A stretch of DNA of 63,795 nucleotides, the filler included, from Octopus bimaculoides (taxonomy: Eukaryota): the NCBI RefSeq assembly GCF_001194135.2. It is 6 parts of 6 records of this genome, joined end to end, with 100 filler letters (N's around TTAATTAATTAA, not from the genome) between each part and the next. Parts side by side here need not be neighbours in the genome. Positions count along the whole stretch, not along the records: positions 1 to 28,502 come from NC_068992.1; 5 more parts are not named here. One strand, given 5' to 3'. Below, piece by piece: positions 1 to 12,600 of the stretch. The number at the start of each line of letters is the position of its first letter. The first letter of the stretch is position 1. Both the position numbers and the translations under genes were made by a program. The notes beneath the pieces were generated by a model, which saw only the letters and a program-made list of their open reading frames with translations, was not told the DNA's origin and did no database searches.

Positions 1-55
1 TATATATATATATATATATATATTTCTATATATATATATACATAAATATATATCT

Positions 56-286
56 ACACATACACACATGTACCTACCTAAACATACTTATAAAAACAAA
101 TACACCCATACACACATATGATAAATAAAGAATAGTATATATATATATACACACTCACCCTCCCATGCCCTAAAATATACATATTATATAGATACACATA
201 TACATACATATATACATATATATATAAAAATACAAATATAAAATATACACACATATATACACAGAAAAAAACATGCATATATATAT

Positions 287-349
<63 letters not shown>

Positions 350-845
350 TATACACAAACATATATATATACACTTATATATATATACACTTACTAATTT
401 ATATAGACAAATTACACACACTCACATATATACTTATACCCATATATATACATATATATACACATTTACATAAGTACATACGTAAATATACATATGCATA
501 TACACAAAAATACTCATAACTATATATATAAAAAATATACACACGAATAAAAATTCAGTCAAATAAATATATAATTAAGGAATATTCTATAACAAAACTA
601 CACTCACACTCACTCACACACACAATATATATTAATATATATGTACACATACACACATGTACCTACCTAAACATACATATAAAAACAAATACACTCACAC
701 ACACATAAAATAAATTAAGAATAGTATATATAAATACACACTCACCCTCCCATGCTCTCAAATATACATATTATATAGATACACGTATACATACATATAT
801 ACATATATATAAAAATACAAATATAAAATATGCGCACATATATAC
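56..845. repeat. Direct duplication of a ~200-bp microsatellite-rich segment (56-260 and 645-845)
   Basis: Both copies carry acacatacacacatgtacctacctaaacatac...cactcaccctcccatg...aaaaatacaaatataaaatat with a few substitutions; offset 589 bp; the second copy ends at an N gap. Confidence 0.75.
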
Positions 846-1375
846 NNNNNNNNNNNNNNNNNNNNNNNNNNNNNNNNNNNNNNNNNNNNNNNNNNNNNNN
901 NNNNNNNNNNNNNNNNNNNNNNNNNNNNNNNNNNNNNNNNNNNNNNNNNNNNNNNNNNNNNNNNNNNNNNNNNNNNNNNNNNNNNNNNNNNNNNNNNNNN
1001 NNNNNNNNNNNNNNNNNNNNNNNNNNNNNNNNNNNNNNNNNNNNNNNNNNNNNNNNNNNNNNNNNNNNNNNNNNNNNNNNNNNNNNNNNNNNNNNNNNNN
1101 NNNNNNNNNNNNNNNNNNNNNNNNNNNNNNNNNNNNNNNNNNNNNNNNNNNNNNNNNNNNNNNNNNNNNNNNNNNNNNNNNNNNNNNNNNNNNNNNNNNN
1201 NNNNNNNNNNNNNNNNNNNNNNNNNNNNNNNNNNNNNNNNNNNNNNNNNNNNNNNNNNNNNNNNNNNNNNNNNNNNNNNNNNNNNNNNNNNNNNNNNNNN
1301 NNNNNNNNNNNNNNNNNNNNNNNNNNNNNNNNNNNNNNNNNNNNNNNNNNNNNNNNNNNNNCACATATATATATA

Positions 1376-1531
1376 TACGACGGGCTTCTTTCAGTTTCTG
1401 TCTACCAAATCCACTCACAAGGCTTTGGTCGGCCCGAGGCTATAGTAGAAGACACTTGCCCAAGATGCCACGCAGTGGGAATGAACCCGGAACCATGTGG
1501 TTGGTAAGCAAGCTACTTACCACACAGCCAC
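1376..1531 (-). mobile_element. tRNA-derived SINE family A, 5' half
   Basis: Reverse complement of the head of the full copy at 46455 (gtggctgtgtggtaagtagcttgcttaccaacc...ggttccgggttca...gaaagaagcccgtcgta); ends in (TA)n. Confidence 0.85.
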
Positions 1532-1726
1532 TTCTGCTGTGTGTGTGTGTGTGTGTGTGTGGGTGTGTGTGTGTATTATTAACTGACTTCTCTATGTAGT
1601 GTCTTTGTTTTCGGTTGGTTACCATAGCGACGCATCTGTAATGCATATACGCTACAGAGAAGTCTCCGAAACATTGAAATACCAGGTAATACTCTTGATC
1701 TATTTTGCTTTATAAATTACATTGAT

Positions 1727-1882
1727 TTTGCTTTCATGGTTCTGGGTTCAATCCCAAATCGTGGCACCGTGGGCAAGTGTCATCTACTATTGCCACGGGC
1801 CGATCAAAGCCTTGTGAGTGGATTTGGTAGACGGAAATGGAAAGAGGCACGTCACACACACACACATACACACACACACACT

Positions 1883-1920
<38 letters not shown>

Positions 1921-2140
1921 CGTGTGTGTGTGCGTTTGTGGCACCCGGACCATCGCTTAACGCTTAACAACTGTTGTTGGTGTGCTTATGTACCCGTAAC
2001 TTAGCGCTTCGGCAAAATAGATCAATAGAATAAGTACTAAGCTTACAAAGAATAAGTCCTGGGGTCGCCTTGTTTGACGAAAGGCAGTGCTCCAGCATTG
2101 CCGCAGTCAAATGGCTAAAACTAGTAATAGGAAAAAAGAA
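1727..2140 (+). mobile_element. tRNA-derived SINE family A, near full length, diverged
   Basis: Head (ggttctgggttcaatccc...gggcaagtgtc...gatttggtagacggaaa), internal (CA)/(TA)/(TG) microsatellite, 3' half (cccgtaacttagc...gaataagtcctggggtcg...gctccagcattgccgcagtcaaatg). Confidence 0.85.
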
Positions 2141-3254
2141 TATATTTAACATATTTTATATTTATACATATACATATGGTTCCTTTTATATCCCCTTGTT
2201 ATTGCTTAGATATTTTTTATTTTTATTTCATTCATATTTATAAAAAGAAACAACATGCATACGTACTTAGAAGTTAGCCTATGAAGCACGTTCACTGCTT
2301 ATGACTAAGTGACGTCATCTACAGTATTTACACAATTCTCGTTGGATCTATTTCAGGAGTTTCTCAGTGTTCGTCGAGTATATAACAAATGATAGAGATA
2401 GAAAATGGAATATACGACAAACGTAATTGTTCACAATGATCGTTTGTAAGCAAGGAGACCTGGTTCGAACACTTGTACGAGAGTGAACGCAACTAAAGAC
2501 ACAAGTGAGCTATGCTGGGAATTGAACTCAGAACGCAAAGAACCGAAACTAATGCTATAGAGCAGCTGATCGAACGTTCTCACTGTTCGACCGATCAACT
2601 ATCTTCTTTTTCGTTTGTTTGTTTCTTGTTTTTTTTTCTTTTCTTTTTTTTATCGATCCTCAAAAGATGAAAGACAGACCTTGAACAAATAATGCAAACC
2701 CTTCTATTCAACACGCTAAAGATTTTATCGCTGTGCATATGAATTGCTCATGCAAGAGTAGTACGTCATTCAACCAACGTCTTTATTTTCAAACATCCTA
2801 TTTCCATCTTCAAATTCCATGAGCTTGTTTCATTTTATATAATTTTTTTTTTTGTAGTTAACCTTTGGAAATATTATATTGCTATATAGTTTAATTTGAA
2901 TAAATATGTGATATATTGTCCTGTAGCTTAATTTGAATAAATATATCCGTACACCTTAATTTAAAACTGAAACTATATCTAAGTTAATTCTCTCTAATAA
3001 TTATTAATTTTTCTATATGTGATAGTGTATTTTCATCGATGAGTTCTTGAAACTTGGTTATTTTCCCAAAAACTATATATATATATATACCTTTGTGAAA
3101 TTCACGAAAATTATTTTAAGATCTGTGAATATTTAGCGGAAATGGATCGATATGCGTGAAATACGTAATTTCAATAACATTGGTCTCATGATTATACATT
3201 ATATATAAACTGGGTCTGGGCCATCGCTGTGTATATTTTGATTTATGTCGAGTA

Positions 3255-3305
<51 letters not shown>

Positions 3306-3444
3306 ACTCTTATAAACATATACATACATGCACATATATGTCTGTGTATGTGTGCGTGTGTGTATGTATTTTTAATTTAGCAATGAGATATAAGGAAATT
3401 ATTTCACTAGATATTCCGAAGAATGAAGGGAACATGTAACAAGA

Positions 3445-4673
3445 TATTGGGACACTCCATAAAAAATGTGTTTTTTAGACTTTTATTTTTCAAAATTCGG
3501 ATAAACAAAGTTCCATTTAAATCTAAAATATACTCTCCTTCATTTTCTACAATGATCTTCTATATATCTGGTAGACTTGCAGGGACTCTCTTCCAAGATA
3601 CACTTGTCAGTGACGAAAAAAGCTCCTCCAGTACTCTTCGGGCCTCGTCTACAGAATATGTATTTTTTTTGTCCACATGATGTTGAAGAGTGCAGAATAA
3701 ATTATTATCAGATGCGAATAAGCTGGGTGGGGCACCGATTTCCATTCAATCGTCTATAGCTTTTGGAATGTCATCCTCGTTGTATGTGGCAGAGCATTAT
3801 CCTGATGGAAACAAAATACCTTTCGGCTTCTAGCGTTGACTAGAACCACTCAAACAGCTCGCAGTTGATCTCACTTGTTCTCGTTCGGTTTTGGTTTCAA
3901 AGACCAAAGTGGACTAAATCTATCATAGCCCGCCAAAGAGATAACAACATTTTATGAAGGTGAAGACCTTCTTTAGCCTGGGCTGCCGTTATTTATCCTT
4001 TCCCTACCCACTGTCCTCCATGTTTGAGTTTTTCTATAGAGAACCCATTTTTCGTCAGCAGACAATGTTCGGTCCAAAACATGTTCATTCGTAAGACGTG
4101 ACAGCAAAGATGAGCACACTTTCACTCTCTGCGCGTGATTAGATTCGGAAAGCTTGCGAGGAACTCATTAACCCAATTTGCTGACTTTTTCAAAGGCAGA
4201 CAGGTATCGATGAAGGATTTAATGACCAAATCCAAGCTTCTCTGCTAGTTCCTCAACATTACGACAGGATTCTGTTCCACCAGGATTTGCAAGATATCCT
4301 CGTCGAGCTCTGCAAATCTTCGAGGACGATGCTCGTCTTCTAGTCTGAAGTTTTTCGCGCGGAATTTCTGGAACCACCGTTGACACTGGCTTATGCTTTT
4401 TGCCCGATCTTAATATACTGCATTAATATTCCTCGCACTTTCCGTTGCGTTGTTGCCTTTATTGAACTCAAAAAACAAAGTATGCGAAATATGCTCCTTT
4501 TGTAACTTCCATTATAGCTTTGTAAAAAATAATTGTTATAATATTTAAAACATGTACTAAGAATAGCTAAAAGGTAGAAAAACAGCTAGTTGATGCAGGT
4601 AGTTTATGCCACCCCTCTTCAACTTTTAGTTCATGAAATTGAAAAAAAACTTCATTATCTATGGGGTGTTTAA
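3445..4673 (-). mobile_element. Mariner (DD34D-type) transposon remnant, ~1.23 kb, with stops and frameshifts
   Basis: Minus-strand peptides EFNKGNNATESARNINAVY...QCQRWFQKFR, VPRKLSESN, ADEKWVLY, HQDNALPHTT, EWKSVPHP, LFCTLQHHVD; degenerate TIRs tattgggacactccataaaaaatg (3445) and cattatctatggggtgtt (~4653-4670). Confidence 0.85.
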
Positions 4674-5594
4674 ACTTAAAGTGATCCTTGTGCTCTCTAG
4701 GAGAATAGATGAATAAAAGATAAGTTATAAAGAGAGTAGCTTATTTAGATCAGAGCGTCCAAATCATTGTTCAATTATGCTAAATACAGTATAAGATCGA
4801 TGAACAGATGTGAGGCAAATACTGTATGACAATGAAATGATTAACAAAAAAAAAAAAAACTCTTTAAAGATGTATAATNNNNNNNNNNTCTGGAATTTCA
4901 CACAAAAATCTCCAGAACGGACTTGGGATTTGTCAATCGAGTAATGTACCGTTGTAATAGTTTAATCAACAGGATTCAGAAATTCAGAAAATAATCGTAC
5001 TGATGAACAAGATTCAGTAACCCCGGCTATCAGTAGAGTGCTCATAAAATATTTGCCTGGAATGTAAAAATCCTTATTTATTTGTGCTACACACAGAAAC
5101 ATACACGCATATGCCACACACTACAAACACAGACGTGCGCACATACACACACCACACATATGTACATGGGCAGACATATAAATAACAAACAGGTTCTTAG
5201 AGAATGTATATATATGTGTGTGTGTGTCTGTGTGTGTACGTGTCTATGTGTCTTTATACATACAAAAATGCATATAAAAAATATATATTTATATATATAT
5301 ATATATATAAATATACAAAACATCAACATTCTGGGTGGAAGGCAAAATTAATAACTTTATGCTAAAATAAGAGTTAAATTCACCCCAAAGTCACTAACTC
5401 CTGTATATACATATTTCTATGTGTGTGTGTATACTTACATATATGCATTTATATATNNNNNNNNNNNNNNNNNNNNNNNNNNNNNNNNNNNNNNNNNNNN
5501 NNNNNNNNNNNNNNNNNNNNNNNNNNNNNNNNNNNNNNNNNNNNNNNNNNNNNNNNNNNNNNNNNNNNNNNNNNNNNNNNNNNNNNNNNNNNNN

Positions 5595-5627
<33 letters not shown>

Positions 5628-5769
5628 ATGTACGTATATATATATACACATACATATATACACATATATATGGGGGAATATACACACTTGGTATAAAAGT
5701 AATGGTATAAAAAAACAGATATATACATATAATTAAATCATTTGAGGTTGAATTAAGAAGTATAAAAAT

Positions 5770-6375
5770 CATCATAGAAAGTCATATTGGTTTCGCCATA
5801 GCTGGTCACTGACTTTCAATCAACACCAATTTCGAAATGGTGTTGAGTCTAATAGTACCTGAGTGAAGAGCTTGTATGCAAAGGAGGCAAGCATTCCTTA
5901 AATTGATGTAATTAATGTACATATGAATACTAGAATTGGAATGGTATGTGGGATGTTTTAGGATTAGTGGAATTATTGGTATCAGTAAGGTTAGTAGTAT
6001 CTGTATTAAATTGTGTTCATGTTAAGTTGTGGTTGATATTTATTAATGAAAGTTGCCTCAACATTTAATCATTGCAATACTGAAGTTCTCTGGAAAAACT
6101 GATAAAAAGGGAACATTAGGAAGATTGATTAAATATTCCAAGCGGATCTATCTCTGAGTTCACTGACCTGTATCTGCCTATATTGTGGCAAGCGGATTTG
6201 TTCTTTGTGGAGTGTTGTTTTTCGTTTGAGGGACATTCGTGCTTGTCCTATATGGTGGTTACCGCAACCTAAGCAGGTAATAACATAGATTACGTTTTCA
6301 GAGACAAAGGTGAAATTTGACTTTAGCTTAAATATTTCACCTTCTTTGAAGTGAAATTCTGTACCCTCCAAAAGG
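5770..6375 (-). mobile_element. Penelope-like element 3' remnant (GIY-YIG endonuclease plus 3' region)
   Basis: ORF 6129-6371 reads FTFVSENVIYVITCLGCGNHHIGQARMSLKRKTTLHKEQIR, the VIY-x-CxxC-x-IG pattern of PLE GIY-YIG domains; a decayed hammerhead-like motif lies downstream at 5777-5817. Confidence 0.75.
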
Positions 6376-7131
6376 TGGGGTCATGTGCCCACCTTTTCCC
6401 ACCTTTGTTTCCTTTATAGTCTTGTGTCAGTTAAATATTTTTTCCAAAGATTTTGGTTGCATTTCTACCTCAAATCATTTACGAATATATATATATACAT
6501 CTTTGGTTTTTGTTTAGAATAAAACCATTACTTTTCTTTGAAACCTGTTTCTATCATATATATATATGGACACATTTATATAAATACCGGCATACTTAGA
6601 TATATAGGGGTTGTCTACTCCTTATACAGAGTTTTACCACCTCCTGTACACACAACTTAGTACCGTCATGGTGTCTCATGTGAGTTTTTTTAAACCAGAC
6701 AATGATCTGCAAAGACACCAGTATAGATTGCACACCGATTAGGACCCCCTTATGCCATCCTTAAACCTTTTTTTTAGGGTTAAGCCGTTAGCCTTTCCCC
6801 TCTGCCAGCGCACCATAAACCAGCTATTTCGTTATGCGTTCATCCGCCATTCGAACAATATGGCCACACCATCTCATTTGATTGCTCAAAATCATAGCTT
6901 TAATTGAGGTGATGCCTGCAGATGCAAGGACATCTGTGCTTATGAATAAAATAAATCCATTTAATGTTCAAAATATGATGAAGGCATTTTCATGGAATTA
7001 TTATAACAATTTAAAACGCCTTTGATAACAAGCCCATGTTTCAAAATAATGCAGCAGGGACTCTAAGCCACTAAATGTTTTTGGCGCCTTTGAATTCACA
7101 TTATATATATAAACATTCGATTTTTAAAAAT

Positions 7132-7258
7132 CTGCACGATAAAGTGTAGTATATTGCCAGCTGGAGGAGATGTCCTCCTGGGGCTAAAAGCAACAGTAAC
7201 ATCCACCCCTAGGGGTCAGCCACACTTAAGTGGCAATATACTACACTTTATCGTGCAG
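7132..7258. repeat. 127-bp element with perfect 28-bp terminal inverted repeats (MITE-like hairpin)
   Basis: ctgcacgataaagtgtagtatattgcca (7132-7159) is the exact reverse complement of tggcaatatactacactttatcgtgcag (7231-7258); no clear TSD. Confidence 0.85.
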
Positions 7259-7818
7259 TTACTGTTAATACTTCATTTAGAGAATTAACATTGCTTGTTT
7301 TCACCTTTTCGATATCAGTGAAGAATTTCACTGGAAAAGTAGATATACGATTGCCAGGTTTTTGTCTCTCTCACCAAGGTCAGTAGCTATCGAACGCCGA
7401 CGAAGGGAAATAACCCTGAAATCCGGATCCGTTCGTGCTGCAGATCGTGGTGAGAGGGATNNNNNNNNNNNNNNNNNNNNNNNNNNNNNNNNNNNNNNNN
7501 NNNNNNNNNNNNNNNNNNNNNNNNNNNNNNNNNNNNNNNNNNNNNNNNNNNNNNNNNNNNNNNNNNNNNNNNNNNNNNNNNNNNNNNNNNNNNNNNNNNN
7601 NNNNNNNNNNNNNNNNNNNNNNNNNNNNNNNNNNNNNNNNNNNNNNNNNNNNNNNNNNNNNNNNNNNNNNNNNNNNNNNNNNNNNNNNNNNNNNNNNNNN
7701 NNNNNNNNNNNNNNNNNNNNNNNNNNNNNNNNNNNNNNNNNNNNNNNNNNNNNNNNNNNNNNNNNNNNNNNNNNNNNNNNNNNNNNNNNNNNNNNNNNNN
7801 NNNNNNNNNNNNNNNNNN

Positions 7819-7876
<58 letters not shown>

Positions 7877-9540
7877 CACATTCACTCACACACACACACA
7901 TACATAAAAACTCACACACACATACAAAACAATACAGAATATAATGAAGAAAAGGCTGAAGTGCATTTTTCTGACTAGTTTCATAATTTAATGTGTCTAT
8001 GATACAAGTTTGTCACTAATAGAATGCCTTCAAGATTCTGCTCATGTTTCTTTCTAATTAAAAGTAACATGACTCGTATTATTTAACCTAAATCTTTAAA
8101 ACTTCACCGAGAACAAACATCATATAATCTTAATTGTCGTATGGGTTTTCTACGTGAAATATTTTTTTTTATTCCCTTAATGTATTTGTTTAGAGTGTAC
8201 CAAAGTTGTTTATTTTCAGTCACTATAAACATTAAATCATGTTACAAGAAAACATTTGCGGCTATGTTTTTGTCGATCTGTTGGACGAATATCAAAGTAA
8301 ATAAATTGTAAATGGTGAATCAGAACGAGAAGGATACTTTTGGCCCGAATATTTTATGTAACTGCGTTTCCTAGTAGAATAACCAATTTTGCTCCGTTTA
8401 AAAAAATTTTTTTAAGGCTGTTGTAGGTATGGAATAAGTGCTGTCGTACTTACGAACATCCACCAAGGAGGTGAACCACCAACTGAACTTTTGTTCAGAA
8501 TTTCAAATTAAGATGCTTCGATTGCATCTATATTTGCATTTGAATCAATGTAGATCAATTTTGAATGAAAAATACGTTATTGGTAGTATTGATCAGAACC
8601 ATACAATTCTTTATTTCCAAATGGTACGATCTAATCTACATTAATGATGACTGTTTTTACCACACATGTGTTAAAATATTTACACGAATTCACTTTTGTA
8701 ATTCTGTATAAGGTTACCTTGCTATTGCTCTGGGATGAAGATATCTGGCTGAGATAATGTCTTACGCTTCCCCGGATTCGGAGAAGCAAATTAAACCTTT
8801 GCATGGTAGAAATTGTGTAACATATTTAGTTACTTGCGGCTCTGGCAAACAAAAAACACTTATTGTTAATGTTTTTCTAAATTTCTTTTCATTCGGAAAT
8901 ATTTGAAGACATTGATGTTCGCAGTATTTTTCGCTACACATTGATTTCCTTTCATTGTTATAAGTAAAAAAAAAATGACAAATAGGCATTACTTTTGTCT
9001 CTATTTCTCTTTAACATTTACGTCCCGCTGTTGCATAATATTTCGTATTGTTACCTTCATTATCGCAATCATTTTATTTTCTTGGCTAAAGAATGTTTCT
9101 CCCGTTCTCAACTTTAAATCACTACAAACATACACACATACATACATATACATACATACCAAGATACATACACATACATGTACAGACAGACACAGACGCA
9201 CGGACATATGTGTGTGTGTATGTGGGTGTGCGCGCGTGTCTGCATACGTGAGTAGATATATGTGCATATATGTGTGTGTATCTGAGAGCTAGTCAGTTAT
9301 CTCATGTTTGTTGCCGCAATGTCCAAACATGCGAAAGCCATTGTTTAGTAGGAATCGAAGAGTCGCATTGAGTATTACAAATGTGTCTTTCTAAAAAAGT
9401 GCGGAAACGTAGTTTTTACCTATTGTAATGTTGTCTTGTTGCTATTTCAAACTATCTTTTGCAATGCAAGTTTACTATTCTAAGCTCAATGGTAGGTTAC
9501 AGTTACTACCTATAGTAATTCGAATACCAATAGAAAATGA

Positions 9541-9554
9541 TTACCACCGCCACC

Positions 9555-9620
<66 letters not shown>

Positions 9621-9680
9621 GCAGCTGCTGCTGCTATTACTGCTGCTACTTATGATAATGATGATGATGATGATGATGAT
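9541..9680. repeat. Compound trinucleotide microsatellite (CAC)n(TAC)n(TGC)n(GAT)n
   Basis: Directly visible; produces the spurious poly-H/Y/T/D ORFs. Confidence 0.95.
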
Positions 9681-12600
9681 ATATTACTGAAACTCATATC
9701 AAAAAAGATGAAGAAGATCATGAAACCGATGTTAATGAAAACATAATGAAGAATTATGATAAGAAGCAAAGAAGTAGAAGAAAAGTAAGTGGAGCGGATG
9801 AATAAAAATCCTTTTTTCATTAGCACAAACGAATGTTATACAATCATATAGATGCATATAATATACACTTACCTTTCGTCTTATAAATTCTGACTTCGAC
9901 ACAGACTGACTAAGAAACCACGCCATACTTAAGGTTTTTAATAACAACACCTTTCCTCGCGGAATCAAATAAAATGTCTGAGAGTGATTGAAATAGAAAG
10001 AGAGATAAAAAAAAACTGGTAGACTTGAAAATTACTTGCTGGACTTGATATATCACCTGTCAGTGTTTACCTTTGTAAAACGATGTAATTGTTTATAGAT
10101 TGTCGCAGTGTTCTAAAGCAGAACCTCCAAATATTAACTAATCTATTGTAAACATCAGCAAGTCATCAGTATTAGCCTTATAGTTTGTCTATACTGGAAT
10201 TACTAATTCCTGATATCCAAATAATATAGTTAGCATAGACTGAAACCAATTTATTGAATTTGTGCTTCTCAGATAAAACAGCGAACAATCAACATGATAA
10301 CCATCCAACGAGAATCGTCGAAGACGTGTTTTATTGAAGCCTCACCTTGCTTTTTGTTTTCTACAATGGAAAGAGTTATGCGACGCCATAGTGTATTAAG
10401 ATAAAATCAGTAATAATACACAAATTTTGAGTAATTTTCTTGGCTTGTATTTTACCTACACAGAAAGCATTGACACAAATAACTTAGTATATTTGCATTT
10501 TCAAATGGATGGAAATACCATGTATAAGCAATGATATAATGTATCAGGCAATGCAATGAAATTATGCCAAATGTGCAAGAAATTGACACTCAAGATCTCC
10601 GAATGCTTTGTTTCGCGCTGACACATCCTCAATCTACGACTTTAACTTAAGAATGGCTCCTCTAACGCATGCAATATTTTCCATATATATCCATTAAACA
10701 TTTGTAATCTTATAACTTTCTAGAGAATCTCATATCATGTTGTACTATCATATAGCGATATTTTGGTTTATTGCTCTTATCAACCCGGCTACAAGAAAAT
10801 CATATACACCAGGTATTAAAATAATTTTGTCGGCTCGTATGGAATGTATTTTCATTCAATTATTTTAATAAATTGTTAAATTATTATAGGATTTGAAACA
10901 TTGGTAATAAGCTCTCCAGAGAGATGAAGGTGATAAGGTCTTCAAAGTAGAAACACCGCTGACGCAACTCTTACAGTCCTTAACTTCTTACACTCTAAGA
11001 AGGCCGGGTCGCTTCCAGGCTATGAGTCATGGATGCCTTTGTGCTGACATTTTTAGCAACTTGGATATGGGAGATTTGTGGATTTAAACTGCCTGGAGTT
11101 TTTATATGCTTTAACTCCTCTCCATTGATTCAGCTTTCAAACTTATAGTTAAAGAAGAAATAACGTTGGGTGTAATGATAGCGGTGAAACTTCGACGCTA
11201 TTATAATGATTCATTCAGAATTACTTGCCTTAGAATTCAAACACAAATATTGTCTTCAACCGCTATGGATGTCATTATTGTTCTGCCTCGTTCAGATCTA
11301 GCTGGAACAACTCTACGCTGTTTCTGACGTTGCCTTAGAGATTTGCTCCTGTTCTTCCCACATACCGAAATTTGTTTCATAAGATCGTTAGCAGGTTTGC
11401 TCATAAAAGCTCTGGCTCCAACTTCCGCGGCGAAAACCTTGAGTCTCAAGTTGGTCAGACTGGCGTATGTTTGAGTCTTGAACAGGTGTGCTAGTCTTTA
11501 ACTTTCCAACCGTACATTAAGTGCAATTAATATCAGTTGCTAGGATGAACTGGAATGTGTACGTTATCCGGCCGCTAGCTATTCTTCCTGATTATTATCT
11601 GGTGGTAGTTTTGCAGATCGAGAGAGGTCTAACGAGCACACTCAGTCATCTGCATCAGAAGACGTGGTTCTTGTGCTCTGTATAGCATAGGTATTCTTGA
11701 CCATGATTTTCTGCCTGCTGTCATGTAGAGTGATCTGGTTTGCGTCATTTCAACAGGTTCGTATTCGGAGGCAGGAGATTATACTCAGCTCTGGGGATAT
11801 AACCTATTCTAAGAGGTCACAAATACCGCAAGTTGTTTCATCTGAAACATTTCTAGAATACATTTTCTTTCTTTGTCCGCTATCTCGACTCTGCTGTACT
11901 GCTTTCCAGAATCCTATATCATCCCCTTCCTTTTTCACTTCGTATTGAATCAAAAGCCCTCCTGATCTTTCTCCCATGACTCTGACCACCATTCTGCTTT
12001 TGTTTTGCCTAATCCCTCCCTATTTGCCTGAGTGTGTCCGATTGTTTCTCTTATAGCAAGGCTTTCGTTTGCTGTATCCACCGCCACTCTCCCTTTCAAT
12101 TTCCTGCCTATATTCAGTTTGGGTCAGGTCGCTTTTTCGACCTCGTAATCATCAACGATGGACTTCAGAGATAACTGGAGCCTGGCCTGGTGACAGTAGA
12201 GTTCAGCATCAATAAGACCTAGTGGGGAAAGCTACTTCCTAATGTACTTATTGATTTTGGCCTCCATATCCACCAATGTGATAATGCTAATATAGAAATC
12301 AGCAAAGGCCTGAGGATCTTCTGGATTAACGTGAATTGGGAACAGCAAACATTGCATTTGCCATCGAGACAACACTAGTCTATGACCTGCAAACTTTTTA
12401 ACGCAATATTTTTTTATATATATGCAGTCGGTATGTCGAGCCTAGAGCGTCTTGTTTCAAGAGCTTGTACAAATGTTTCCTCTGAGTAAACTGCGTGGAT
12501 GTCCTTGGCAATGTGGTTTGACTCCTGGCCCTGGTTTTGCGGTATTTTATATGTCGGAACAATGCGCTGTTGTACATTGAATGGAGTCCTTGAACAATCC

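Noticed and set aside
78-473. Low-complexity ORFs (poly YI, HT, CV, X) here and throughout the ORF track
   Set aside because: Translations of dinucleotide microsatellites or N gaps.
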